Positions 50,916 through 62,433 of a stretch of 64,000 bases of DNA are shown piece by piece. The notes beneath the pieces are model-generated. The model was not told the DNA's origin, ran no database searches, and saw only the letters and a program-made list of their open reading frames with translations. Position 1 is the first letter of the stretch, and each line of letters opens with the position of its first letter. Source of the stretch: Marsupella aquatica. Taxonomy: Eukaryota > Plantae > Marchantiophyta. Location: positions 14,910,330-14,974,329 of the forward strand of contig OZ316898.1 in NCBI GenBank assembly GCA_973895155.1, given 5' to 3'. The translations under genes were made by a program, and so were the position numbers.

Positions 50916-53900
50916 ATGCCAAAGAGGAAAGACTCGACTGGAGCTGGACCTGCCGACAGCCAAATTAACTTCTCAGGGGAGTAAGAAACCACGATCCAAG
51001 TCTCCTTTGCCAGTCACATCTCGATTGACGCGCTCACAGGGTGGTCCACTTATGGAGTCAATCGACTCTAGGAGGAAGTTTGAGCCAAAGCAGATATCAT
51101 TTGAGCCTATTGGAGCGGCGGAATTGGCTGATATTGCTGAGAAGGGAGCCTGGGAGTCTATCATCTCCAAGTATGAGACAAAGTTTAGTAAGGATCTGCC
51201 CCGGATCCCCTTGTGCCGTCTCATGCCAATGGAGGCAGTGAGGAATCTTCAGGATGAGTCGGTTGCAAAATTAAAAAAAGGATTCAAAGAGAGCAGCTAT
51301 GTTGTGAAGCTCAGCGAGTTCCACATTACTGAGTTCAATGAAATTGGAGAAACGCAGACAGTGACAGACTTCAAGCCATTTTGGGACCCTCTATGGACTC
51401 AGCTCAATGAACAGTTTGAGCAAGAGTGCGATGCATCAGAGGAGTTCAAAGTCCTTAAGGACAAGATGTTTTGGGTTTTTGATGGAAACCACAGATACAC
51501 AGCCTGGTCCGCAGTTGCTTCTGAGTATCCGGATCAATTGCAATACCATCCGTGCGTCAGATTCTCTCTTTTGAATGCTGGGAAGGACGGATTCAAGAAG
51601 GTTGAGCAAGCAATGCACGCTCTCAACTCGTAAGTACTCTCATTCGCGTCTTTTTGCAAAATGTGATTACCCGTTTGTGTAAACCTTGTGTGCCATCTTG
51701 GAGAGCCTCTCTGAAATTGCCGCTATGAGTACTGTTTGTCATTTTCAGGATAAGTGCAACTGTCGTGAAGATGTCCTGGTTTAATGACGCTGATCGGGTT
51801 GCAAAGCTATTGAACACTCCATTGGAGGAGTACAGTTCGCTCATGTCAAAGGAGACAATGGAGGCTTTCATGAAGGCCCAAAATCGAGGACATGGGAAGA
51901 CTTGGTACTCGAAGAATATGAAAAAAGAAGCCGCTGTGTACATCATGTCTTGGTCAAACATTGAAGCGGGACGAATCAATATCTCCAAGGAGATGGCACA
52001 AGACGCAGCTCGTGGGCACCCGTGGAGTGTGAAGAGAACTGAGGAGGAGACGGAGGCAATGATTATTGTTGCATGCAAGGCCTGGGACAACAAGTTCCCC
52101 AAGCTTGCGGCCTACGTGAATCCGGCCAATGGAGACCAGTTCATGCCGGTATGTTGGCAGCTGTATCACAAGTTGTCAAAGGACGCCAAGCAGGGTGTGA
52201 TGAATGTACAGGTTGGCTTGGACAGGGTCCGCTTGTTTGCTGGGGCTTGGGTAACTGCAGAGTGCAGAGTAAAGCTATTGAAAGCTCATTTTGGAACGGA
52301 GGAGGAGAAGAGTATGTATCACCATCCATGTAGCAATGGTGATGCTGCAATTAGATCCTGGTTAGCGGTCTGGTCAATGTGGTGTTACATTGACCACGTT
52401 GGTTGTGTGATTTTGACCGATTTTGCTGCAAAGGCCTACCAAAGACAGGTGTACCGTGAGTTTTCCGGGACAGAGGAGGAATTTGCAGAGCTATACAGAA
52501 GGCTTTATCGAGCTTATGTGCAAGAGAAATCACTGAAACTAGGCGGGGAAATTTGGATTGACGGAAAGGCCACGGTCTTGTTAAAAGAATTGTGGAAAAA
52601 GCGAACAAAGAGGTGCGTGACAAGATTTCTAATCAATCAGGAGAACATGAATGCATCCGTATTGAAAGAGCTGCCATGGGCACTCACATCTTGGATGGAG
52701 CCGAAAGGGAGCCTTAGCATGTATCCATGTGATGGCCAAATTCCTAATGGCATAGTAGTCTGCGATTGGGAACGTCAAAACTGCCCATGGTATATGGAAT
52801 ACCGTGACTGGAATACTTTTATCGATGACGTTGAGAAGGAGTGTGCAATGAAGCTGAAGGACCAACAGGAGCCTACAAATTACTACGATATATCCAAGCT
52901 ACGACAATTGACGGACTCTATGCCCCAGGCAATAGCGTTGGAGGCCATAATCCCAATGGACCCAGCCTATGATGGGAAAAAGGCCCGAAAGGAAGGAGAC
53001 GAGAAGAAGGTCGACAAGGAACAATCCGCCGAGGCCAGTCAGTCAGATTCTATAAGCACTCCAACAAAGACCCCATCAGGTATTACTCAATTCCTTTCAA
53101 ATCAGGTGGTGGCTTGCATTGGAAAAAACCTTGGCTGGGTTGGCGAGGCTCGCCGAGATTAAGTGTCTGGTCCAGTCCAGATGTCGGCGAGGCTCTCCGA
53201 GATTAAGTGTCTGGTCCAGTCTAGATGTCGGCGAGGCTCGCCGAGATGAAGTATTAGTTGAGTAATAAGTTGCTTGCATATAATGAACCCGATCTTGGCG
53301 AGGCTCGCCGAGATGCAGTTGCCATCATGAAGCTCATCAATTTGCATCCTATGCAGGTCATGCAGAGATCCAAATGGAACCTGATTCTATCAAGAGCAAG
53401 GGTGTAGAGCCGGCTACAAAGGCAGCAGTTGAGGACGGTCCAGGGGTTTCGTAGGGTCCAGGGCACAAGGATAAACAACCAATAGTTGAGTTGGATCCAG
53501 ACGAGGCTCCACTGCAAGAATTTGACTTGCCTCCGCATGAGGCTCCTGAAGTACAAGATGAATTGGCTGACGAGCAGCAAGGTGAGGATGATGTGGGTGA
53601 GCAAGAGGAAGAGGAGCGAGAGGAAGAGGACAAAGGACAATCCAGAGACGAAGGGCGCTTGTCTGATATCTCTCCTGTGCCTTACCGGCCACCATTACTG
53701 TCACGGCAAAAGGAAAAGGCCTTAAAAAGAAAGCAAACTAGGCGACCCAGAGCTCCCAAAGGGAGCCCAAGCAAAGCACATGACGAGGAATTTCCTCCTC
53801 TTCCTTCCCCCACTGAGTCGCCTCCCCCGCCCGGCACTAGAGAGGTTCCGCCCACAACCATCCAACCTGACCCCACATTGGAAAATGAGGAGGATGAAGA

Positions 53901-56900
53901 GGCCCTTGGAGAAGAGGATAATACAGAGCTGGAAGGAGTAAGGCGTCCTTATGCCAATACCATGTCTTCCCAGAGCAGACATATGTATTTTAGGTGGTCT
54001 CCAAATCTATTTACAACTTTTTTTGATGCGGCTAAAGAAGGTACCGAACCCCCTGTAGTTAGTAAATTGATCTCATGGTGCAGAAAGCTATTGCGGGAAG
54101 GTTTGCGTCAAAATGCCTGGAGAAAAGGGGGAAGCGAGTGAAGACTGGTGCAGATTTAATTCTGATACATATGGGAACAGACACGCGTATGGTCGAGGGT
54201 AAGTCCACCCCGTTGTGGAATTCATTCCGGGAGGATGACTTGAACCGGGTTCAGGAGTTTGCTCGAGATGTCCTTGATTCCGAAGGACTGTTTGCCATCG
54301 TGCACAGTGGTTCGCTTCGGCACTCAACTTGCATTTATGATGCATTAGTTTACGAGAATACCAACTGGGGGTTGAAAGAAAGCTTCTTTATCTGGAATGA
54401 CACACCCACCTACGATGGTAGGACTGGGAAGCGAGTAAGTCCCATCAATTACCTACTTCTTCATTTATTTTTTATTCCAATGACTTACTATCCTAAACTG
54501 AGGAAGTCTGACCTCTGAATATGTTTGGCCGATCCAAAGCGAATATCTCAAGCTAGACCTGTGGGGGTTTCAATCTGCTGTGGAGATATGCCCAAAGAAT
54601 GATGTGGCACCAATTAGTGCAGAGCTCGATATGAAGAGTAGGAATGGGCTAACGAACTATACATCCAAGAAGAATCAGGTTAACGATCCTTTTGCGGGCA
54701 CATTGTCGCCAGCAACGCTCCAATGTATCATCTAATATACAACACACCCTGGGGCAACTATCCTCACTTTCAACGCACAGTTTGGGGCAATATTCAAGGC
54801 GGGTGAAAATTGCGGGCGGATGGTGTTTGGGACTGAATCCTATCCTCACTTCGGAACTTGTGCGTAAGACCAACTGGCACAACTGGTTGGAGTGATCTCC
54901 CCGGAGGAGGAAGAGGTGGTCCGTTCAAAAGCCAATCCAGAAAAGCGCAAGAAGAAAAAGCCGGCAATACTCCCAACAACATGTAAGTTTTCTAGCGTTT
55001 GACGTTGTTCATTTCATATTTGCTTGCTCGTTGCAATGGTTGACAATAGAGGGATACAAGTCAGCGGCCTCGCCGATATGTATGCATGTCGGCTGACCTC
55101 GCTGACATTCATAGTGTCTGGCCTCCTCTACAAGCGAGGGCAAGTCCTAACTTGAGATGCATGTTGGCGGACCTTGCCAAGATTCATTCCTCTACATGCA
55201 ACTCAGGAAGAGTCATCTTGGCGGGCCTCTCCAAGATCCGTCTAAGGAAGAGTGATCTCGGCTGGCCTCTCCAAGATCCATCTCAGGAAGAGTTCATCTC
55301 GGCTGGCCTCTCTGAGATCCGTCTCAGGAATAGTCATCTCGACTGGCCTCTCCGAGATCCGTCTCAGGAAGAGTGATCTTGGCTGGCCTATCCAAGATCC
55401 GTCGCAGGAAGAGTCAATCTCGGCTGGCCTCTCTGAGATCCGTCTCAGGAATAGTCATCTCGGCTGGCCTCTCCAAGATCCGTCTTAGGAAGAGTCAATC
55501 TCGGCTGGCCTCTCTGAGATCCGTCTCAGGAATAGTCATCTCGGCTGGCCTCTCTGAGATCCGTCTCAAGAATAGTCATCTCGGCTGGCCTCTCCGAGAT
55601 CCGTCTCAGGAAGAGTGATCTTGGCTGGCCTATCCAAGATCCGTCTCAGGAAGAGTCAATCTCGGCTGGCCTCTCTGAGATCCGTCTCAGGAATAGTCAT
55701 CTCGGCTGGCCTCTCCGAGATCCGTCTCAGGAAGAGTGATCTTGGCTGGCCTCTCCAAGATCCGTCTTAGGAAGAGTCAATCTCGGCTGGCCTCTTTGAG
55801 ATCCGTCTCAGGAAGAGTCAATCTCGGCTGGCCTCTCTGAGATCCGTGTACTGAAGAGTCATCTCGGCTGGCCTCTCCGAGATCCATCTCAGGAATAGTC
55901 ATCTCGGCTAGCCTCTCCGAGATGCGTCTCAGGAAGTCATCTCGGCTGGCGTCTCCAAGATCTGTCTCAAGAATAGTCAATCTCGGCTGGCCTCTCTGAG
56001 ATCCGTCTCAGGAATAGTCATCTCGGCTGGCCTCTACGAGATCCGTCTTAGGAAGAGTGATCTCGGCTGGCCTCTCCGAGATCCGTCGATCCATGTCGAC
56101 TACCTTCCCCGACAGATGCCTTCTTGTTTACGTCTATTTTGGGCGCAATACATTATTTGATTGGATTTAAGTATAACTTAGTAGCAGTTCCCGACAGGAC
56201 TACCGAGTCAGCTATAGCGGAATGGGACAGCCAGGACAGACGGCTTGTCAAGCTCGCATGGGAGGAAGCTTCGGCATATTTCTTGCCGGAGAAGTTAACC
56301 CTTTCGTGCTACGCTGCTGATACCTATCATGAAGAAATAGTGCCTCGCTGTGTACAAGAGAGAAAAAGGAAAACTCTCAAATTTGTCAATGATAGGGCAA
56401 AAGAAGCTCAATCGGATGAGAGTAGCTCGGTAGGAAGTGACAGTCTCCAAACTCACCATGTAAGTATAAGATTATCAAGCTCCAGTTCCGAAGAGTAATG
56501 TTTGAATGAATTTACCTTCATTGCAGCTCAGGAGAGACCTGAGCAACCAGTGAATGAGGGGCTGACTCCCCGGGCAGGAGTGAAAGAGGTGGGGCTTGCA
56601 AACAAAGGAGTGCCCGCACAACAGCAACCATCCAAATTTTTGGCGATAGTGAAGAAGGCATTGGACCCCAAGGCGGACCAAAAAGAGGTCATAGTGACAA
56701 TCGAGGATGTGCACTTGACGAGGGCACATTTAAAATGCTTGAGGCCAAAAAAATGGATCACTTGCGACGTCATCAATGCTTACATTGCTTTACTGGAACG
56801 AAGAGCACAAACCCTTCATAAACCCAAGGCCATGTTATTGCCAACACATTTTTACCAAGTGATGACAACTCCAGAATATAACTTCAACGCAGCGTTGGCA

Positions 56901-57305
56901 TATTGGCGGGGCATTCAAATGTGGGAGCACGAGTACGTTTTAATCCCCGTCTACCGGCCAAAACATTGGGTACTAGTTGTGGTTGATACTACCTTGCGGC
57001 AACTGCATTTACTTGATCCGCTTGTGCCCGAAGCACAGGATGGCACATAAGTGTTCAAAGTAGCTCAGTTTCTTTCGGACCTCTCCATCTTGCGGGGTCG
57101 TACCTTGTTATGTCCATTAGAATGGCCACGCATTTACCGAGATAACATTCCAGGTCAAGGGGATGATTACAATTGTGGTGTATATGTCATTATCTACATG
57201 GAGCGTATTTCTGGAGGCGGCGTACTGAACTTTGACCCTGCACTTATAGACATCATGCGGCAAAAGATTGTTGTGGACCTTGTCTGCCAGACAATTACCC
57301 TGTAG
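50916..57305 (+). pseudogene. Cargo gene B: ParB-like domain, helical region, acidic linker, degenerate N6/N4-MTase fold, Ulp1 SUMO protease (about 6 exons)
   Basis: ParB: IPLCRLMP...VAKLKKGF...FWVFDGNHRYTAW. MTase: ADLILIHM, then FARDVLDSEGLFAI, then SPATLQCII*YTTHPGATILTFNAQFGAIFKAGENCGRMVFGTE (54541-54982 frame). Ulp1: WITCDVINAY, HWVL, LDPL, QGDDYNCG. Predicted GT-AG introns 51630-51748, 53080-53356, ~54435-54539, 54983-56115, ~56460-56531. Confidence 0.72.
55200..56088. repeat. 40-41-bp tandem minisatellite (~22 copies) of motif B, inside an intron of gene B
   Basis: Unit ATCTCGGCTGGCCTCTCCGAGATCCGTCTCAGGAAGAGTC(A). Confidence 0.95.
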
Positions 57306-57725
57306 AGAGGATGGAAGATGGAGACGCAGCCTAGTGGAATTTAGTTCAGAAAATTGAGATAGACAACATCGTTGTAAAGTACAAAGTTTAATAAAAAGTG
57401 TGTCATCCAAACGTTCTTAATGTGGCTCCTATTTGATATGCTATTTTGTACACGTTGCTGGGTATGTTTTCATCTTGGCGAGCTCAGCCGAGATGGAACA
57501 ACACTCCAAGGATATCTCAGAGAGGGCGCCAAGATGGTTAAAAAGGGCACCAAGATGGTCAGAGAGGCAGCCGACATTACTAATTGTCCGAACCAAAACA
57601 ATGTCGGAGTGGACTCCGACATAGGGTTTGACTGTGGGTGTGAATTAAGTCCATGTCGGCGGCGTCGCTGAGTTTCGGGCATAGACTGATATCAGTGACT
57701 GATGAAAGTCACTGATAACTGATGA

Positions 57726-60400
57726 AGTTGTGTACCTCATTTTGAAGAGAGCGACGAGTACACGACACCTTCCCCAGAAAAGATACTTCCATTCTTTGAA
57801 AGTATTGTTAGTCAATTCGTCCAATGTGGGGAATGGGCTATATGCTTTGGCCAGGGAACAAACTTGATTCAATGCTTAATGGTAAGTTTTGAGATTTATA
57901 TTTTGGGGTTTCAATTTTAAGATTATTTAGATTTTTATATTCTCAATTAATATTGTGAACTAATTTCGGCTTTTTTTACAGGATGCTGGATCCAATGTAA
58001 AATATTCCTGCCCTATGGCAACGCATAGGGAGTTGTCTTGTTTCTTGCAACACACCATGGCGACAATTGATACAACGCTGTCATTGATTGACCTAGTACG
58101 GGCTAGTATAGAAAAATGTATAGATAAATTAATGAAGTACCGTCCATCCGTAACTGCTCTCAGGGCTGATGTTTTGGATGTCCTCCACGAACAACATATC
58201 CCTGATAATATTTGTAATCAATTATTGCAAGAGTATGCCCTCTCTAAAGATTCCGATCGATTGTACATTCGACCAACGGAGTACCCTCGTGGGCCAATCC
58301 AAGGTAGGTTACTTTTGAACCATCTTACTTTTTCTTGCATCACGCGAACATGCACGTGGACATTCTTAACATTTCTTTTCACGCGAATATGCGCGTGAGT
58401 CATTCTTATCTAATGATCTGATTTTATTCAGATCAAGTTGATTGCGGCTTCAATGTTGAGGATGCAGGGAGCAATGGTGATGCGGATGGTGAGGGGGAAG
58501 GTGACAAGGAAGGTGACGCGGATGGGGATGTCAATGACCAAGATCCAGAGTGGATGACCGATACGCAGAATGACGTCAGAGATTTCGACAATAGCAAGGA
58601 AGAGAGTGACGGAGAGGAGATGAAGGACGCTGAGGATGCTGAGGACGCTGATGAAGAGGACGAGGAGATGGAGGGTTCTGAGGACGCTGAGGACTCTGAT
58701 GAAGAGGCCACACAGGAGCCTTGACATGAGGTGGACCGAGAGGAGGCGGCCCGGCAGGAGGAGGCCAGAGAGGAGGAGGCCCGGCAGGAGGAGGCCTGGC
58801 AGGAGGCGGCCCGGTAGGAGGAGGCCCAACAAGAGGCGGCCCGGCAAGAGGAGCTTCAAAAGAAGGAGGCGACCCGGCAGGAGGAGGCCCGACAAGAGGC
58901 GGCCCGGCAAGAGGAGCTTCAAAAGAAGAAGGCGACCCGGCAGGAGGAGGCCCGACAAGAGGCGGCCCGGCAGGAGGCGGCCCGGCAAGAGGAGGCGGCC
59001 CGGCAGGAGGCGGCTCGACAAGAGGCGTCTTGACAAGAGGCGGCCCGGCAAGAGGAGCTTCAAAAGAAGGAGGCTAAGAAGAAAAAGGCAGCAACTAGAA
59101 AAGAAATTGCCGCGAAGAAGAAGGAAAAAACCAACGCTGAGGAAGCCCAGGCGGAGAAAGCCGAGGCTGAGAAAGCGGAGGCGGAGAAAGTGGAGGCTGA
59201 GAAAGCGGAGGCGGAGAAAGCCCAGGCTGAGAACGCGGAGGCAGAGAAAGCCCATGCTGAGAAAGCCTAGACTGAGAAAGCGGAGGCTGAGAAAGCCGAG
59301 GCTGAGAAAGCCGAGGCTGAGAAAGCCCAGGCTGAGAAAGCAGAGGCTGAGAAAGCGGAGGCGGAGAAAGCCCAGGCTGAGAAAGCCCAAGCTGAGAAAG
59401 CAGAGGCTGAGAAAGCGGAGGCGGAGAAAGCCCAGGCTGAGAAAGCCCAGACTGAGAAAGCGGAGGCTGCGAGAGTCCTTTTAGTGACAGAGGCAAATAG
59501 GGCCAAGGCGGAGAGTGTGGCGGCTGAGAGGCCGCTGGCCGAGAGGATGGCGGATGAGATCGAACAGACCGCAAGACCGGAGAGGGTGGAGGTGGAGAAG
59601 TTGGAGGCGGAAAAGGTCCATTCCACAAGACTGGAGAGAGAAGAAGCCGCAAGACTGGAGAGGGTGGAGGCGGAGAAGGTGGAGGGAGCGAGGAAGGAAG
59701 CCGAGAGGGCCAAGGATCTTCCGCTTATTCCTGAGGCACAATGTCTACCAAAAATAAAGCTGAATTTGAAGAAGCCTTCTTCACCCTCAGTTGCAGTTAA
59801 GAAGAAAATATTAGACTATTTTCTTCGCCCGGAGTTTGAATTTAACGATCCACCCTTAAGTACGGTCTCATTGGATGATTAGAATAAATATTCACTGGAG
59901 CAGCTCCGAGTCCAAGCCGTCCTTGCTTTGCAATATTGGAAGGGTCTTTTGATTACCAAGGAGAAGACTGCCACTGCATCCAGAATGGAGACAATCATCA
60001 ATAATATCCGCTTTTCCGAGAATCGAGTGCAAGACCTAGGAACGTCTTTGGCACCAGACTCGGCTCAAGTCGTTAAGAGACTAACAACTGACTTGACGCG
60101 ACCGGGTTCGTGGTCTCAACCCCGATATACTGCAGAGGTTACTCACGCAGAAATTGTGGCACCGGATATTTTGGAATCGGATTCCCAGATTGTGGAATAT
60201 TTAAATCAAATGCCACAACCATTCAAAGGTCTTCCCGCCTCATCGCTCCAACCTTCGCAAACTGGTCTGGTGGAGCGATCACTGCGGTCTTGAGGAGGGC
60301 TGAAGGATGTTGTTGCGAAGGAGGCACCCAAGAGATTAGCTACGAAAAGGCCGGATCCACCCAATCCAAAGGTCATTCGCAAGCTATAAGCTTAAAGTTT
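57726..60400 (+). pseudogene. Cargo gene A, continuation: C-half of MTase-like fold, acidic tract, EAARQE/EKAEA charged helical repeats
   Basis: PEKILPFFESIVSQFVQCGEWAICFGQGTNLIQCLM, intron, DAGSNV, in frame with ORF 58015. It lies in the same genomic frame as ORF 36987-37628. Confidence 0.55.
58735..59470 (+). repeat. 15-bp coding microsatellites (GAGGCGGCCCGGCAG and GAGGCTGAGAAAGCC)
   Basis: Encode (EAARQ/E)n then (EAEKA)n in the frame that continues into ORF 59484. Confidence 0.9.
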
Positions 60401-60521
60401 CTATTATAGCCGTCATTATTTTATTATTGATTTGTTATTGTTTCTGTTTTCTGAGGTAGAACCCTTAGGCTACAACCTCAGTACGTTATTTGAAGGCATA
60501 CTGAAATCTCTATTTTTTGCA

Positions 60522-61311
60522 GTTTTTTGAAAATTTGGCTAGTCGAATAGATCAATGCCTTGATCCTTCTAAGGATATGGAAGAGCTATTGACCAAGTTC
60601 TTACAACACTCGATCAAGAGGAAACATATGATGTGTTTGAGACCGCGCGAGTTGCTCACCGATGATATAATTAACGCTTATTTGAGTTTTCTCAAACTGA
60701 TTCTCGATAGAGTTGGAAAGTCAGACCTTGTCAAATTCTTCCAAACACACCATTTTGAGCTTCTCTCCATGGATCCTACCATTTTAGATGAGGAGAGAGC
60801 AGCTTGGACAAAGGAGTTTCCGCTAAAAAACAGTGAATACGACAAACTGGTCTTTCCAGTACACAATGCTGTGAAAGAACATTGGTCGTTGGTAGTTGTG
60901 TATCCAAAGGAGAAACGGCTCGAGTACCTAGATTCTCTACTTCATAATCGACAAAATCTTGGGGTGCTAGATATTGTTGGGAAGTATTATGTCGACGAAA
61001 TTGGCTGGAGAACTGGTGTCAACTTGGATCTCTCAGGTTGGGAACGGATATATCGGAATGATATTCCTCACCAGAGTGACGGCCACAGTTGTGGTGTGTT
61101 TATCTTGAGATACGCCAAGTGCTTGTGTCAAGGAAACGAAATTAATTTTGCCACGGATCAAATTGAGAAATTTCGTAGGGAGATAGTCTTGTCGTTATTT
61201 GACATGGACTTCCGCAAGCCGACGTCCGCAAATAACCTAGTTATCAGGATCCGTGCTGCTATGATTGACATTTCCGGCAGAATTCCAGCACTGAACGACC
61301 GTCTTGTACAG
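60522..61311 (+). CDS. Ulp1/C48 SUMO protease domain of element A (probably an exon of gene A)
   Basis: LLTDDIINAY, EHWSLVVV, YLDSL, HQSDGHSCG: catalytic H, D, Q, C intact. Flanked by splice sites. Confidence 0.88.
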
Positions 61312-61571
61312 GTAATACACTTCATTTCAGTGTCTCTCTTTGTAGTCACGCAACCGTTCGCGTTATAAACTTATTTTCATTTCTTAATGTTTTACAGAAG
61401 CCTATCCCGAAACCCCCTGATCGAGTATCGAAGGCACCAATCCGGAAGTCCGGTGATCGTCTGGAGGCGGGAAACAAACAGACCGTTCTAGTACGTTCTC
61501 CAAAACCTGCGGCACAAAAATCACAGATACAGATGACGCCTAATCCATCGACAAAGAAATCACCGGTTTAG

Positions 61572-62302
61572 AAGAGACTTGTAATTTTTGATCTGAATCG
61601 GGTACTTATCTGGTCAGAGAAGATCAGCCCTGGGATGTCCATTCGGTCAAGGGTGTGAGACAAATGCACAAGGTTATCTATCCAAGGCCTGATTTAATGG
61701 AATTTCTTGAGAAGGTGGCAGATCTATACGACATTGCGATCTGGTCGTGCATGTTCAAACGGAATATTCTATCTTGTGTAAGGCTGATACTTCGACCCGA
61801 AGTTTTGAAACGTATTAAATTTATATGGGGACAAGAATCAACTCAACCTATTGGGAAGAATAATAATGACATCCCCTTATTTGTCAAATGTCTCTCCGAC
61901 ATTGCCGCCGATATTAAAGATTACAATATCGAGAATGTCATTCTTATCGATGATGCTGCATATAAGACGAGCCTTAATAACTTCTATTCATCGCTGTATC
62001 CCGGTGCATATTCTGGGCTCAATGATGACCTATTTTTTAGAAAGAAACTATATCCATATCTATGCGACATGTCAATTGACAAGTTGACATTCCGCGAGCT
62101 CCTTAGTGGATATGGGATTCCAACGTTCTCTCAAGAAAATCTTGAGAGAGATTATATTGATAAGACAAATCTTTGGAGGAGAAATGTGATCATTCGTAAT
62201 CAGGGGAATACAGACCATTTAGAAAAGTTTAACGAATATATGAAATACTTATTTGCCGAAAAAGACCGTGCTATAGAAGCCCGGGATAAGTCCAATAAGT
62301 AA
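61572..62302 (+). pseudogene. FCP1/NIF (CTD small phosphatase-like) domain 1
   Basis: KRLVIFDLNRVL, PRPDLMEFL...YDIAIWS, FIWGQ, KCL, NVILIDD; frameshift near 61650. Confidence 0.8.
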
Positions 62303-62433
62303 ACATTTATTGTTTATTATCAATTATTATTTATAAATTGATTGAAATTGAACTTTATATTTTGGGAGTGACGCACCCGGTCGCGTGGTTGTTTGCAATT
62401 GCATAATATGAGAATCGAATTGTTCATTTACAG

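Larger units (their letters stand above)
37631..57725. mobile_element. Element B: 20.1-kb Mutator-like (MULE) cargo transposon nested in element A
   Basis: Bipartite TIRs: 37631-37649 matches 57707-57725 and 37660-37678 matches 57685-57703, both perfectly. Contains a MULE transposase; motif B seen only between the TIRs; no clean TSD. Confidence 0.85.

Noticed and set aside
54075-54982. Active DNA adenine or N4-cytosine methyltransferase
   Set aside because: Neither gene A nor gene B shows DPPY/SPPY or a canonical FxGxG at the expected positions. A DPFAG string occurs upstream in gene B but is out of register with the fold alignment.
46409-56088. CRISPR-like arrays
   Set aside because: Units are contiguous near-identical tandem repeats without unique spacers; no cas genes; eukaryotic context.
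37700-57680. Motif B as auxin response elements (TGTCGG inverted repeats)
   Set aside because: Most half-sites are TCTCGG with 9-bp spacing, and the motif is confined to one TE. Only a few subterminal copies fit TGTCGG-N8-CCGACA, so incidental ARF binding is possible but does not explain the pattern.
58636-59484. 282-aa Arg-rich protamine-like ORF and the antisense Leu-rich ORF 58428-59390
   Set aside because: Alternative frames of the 15-bp repeats. The E/A/K-rich frame is the one continuous with the flanking coding sequence.
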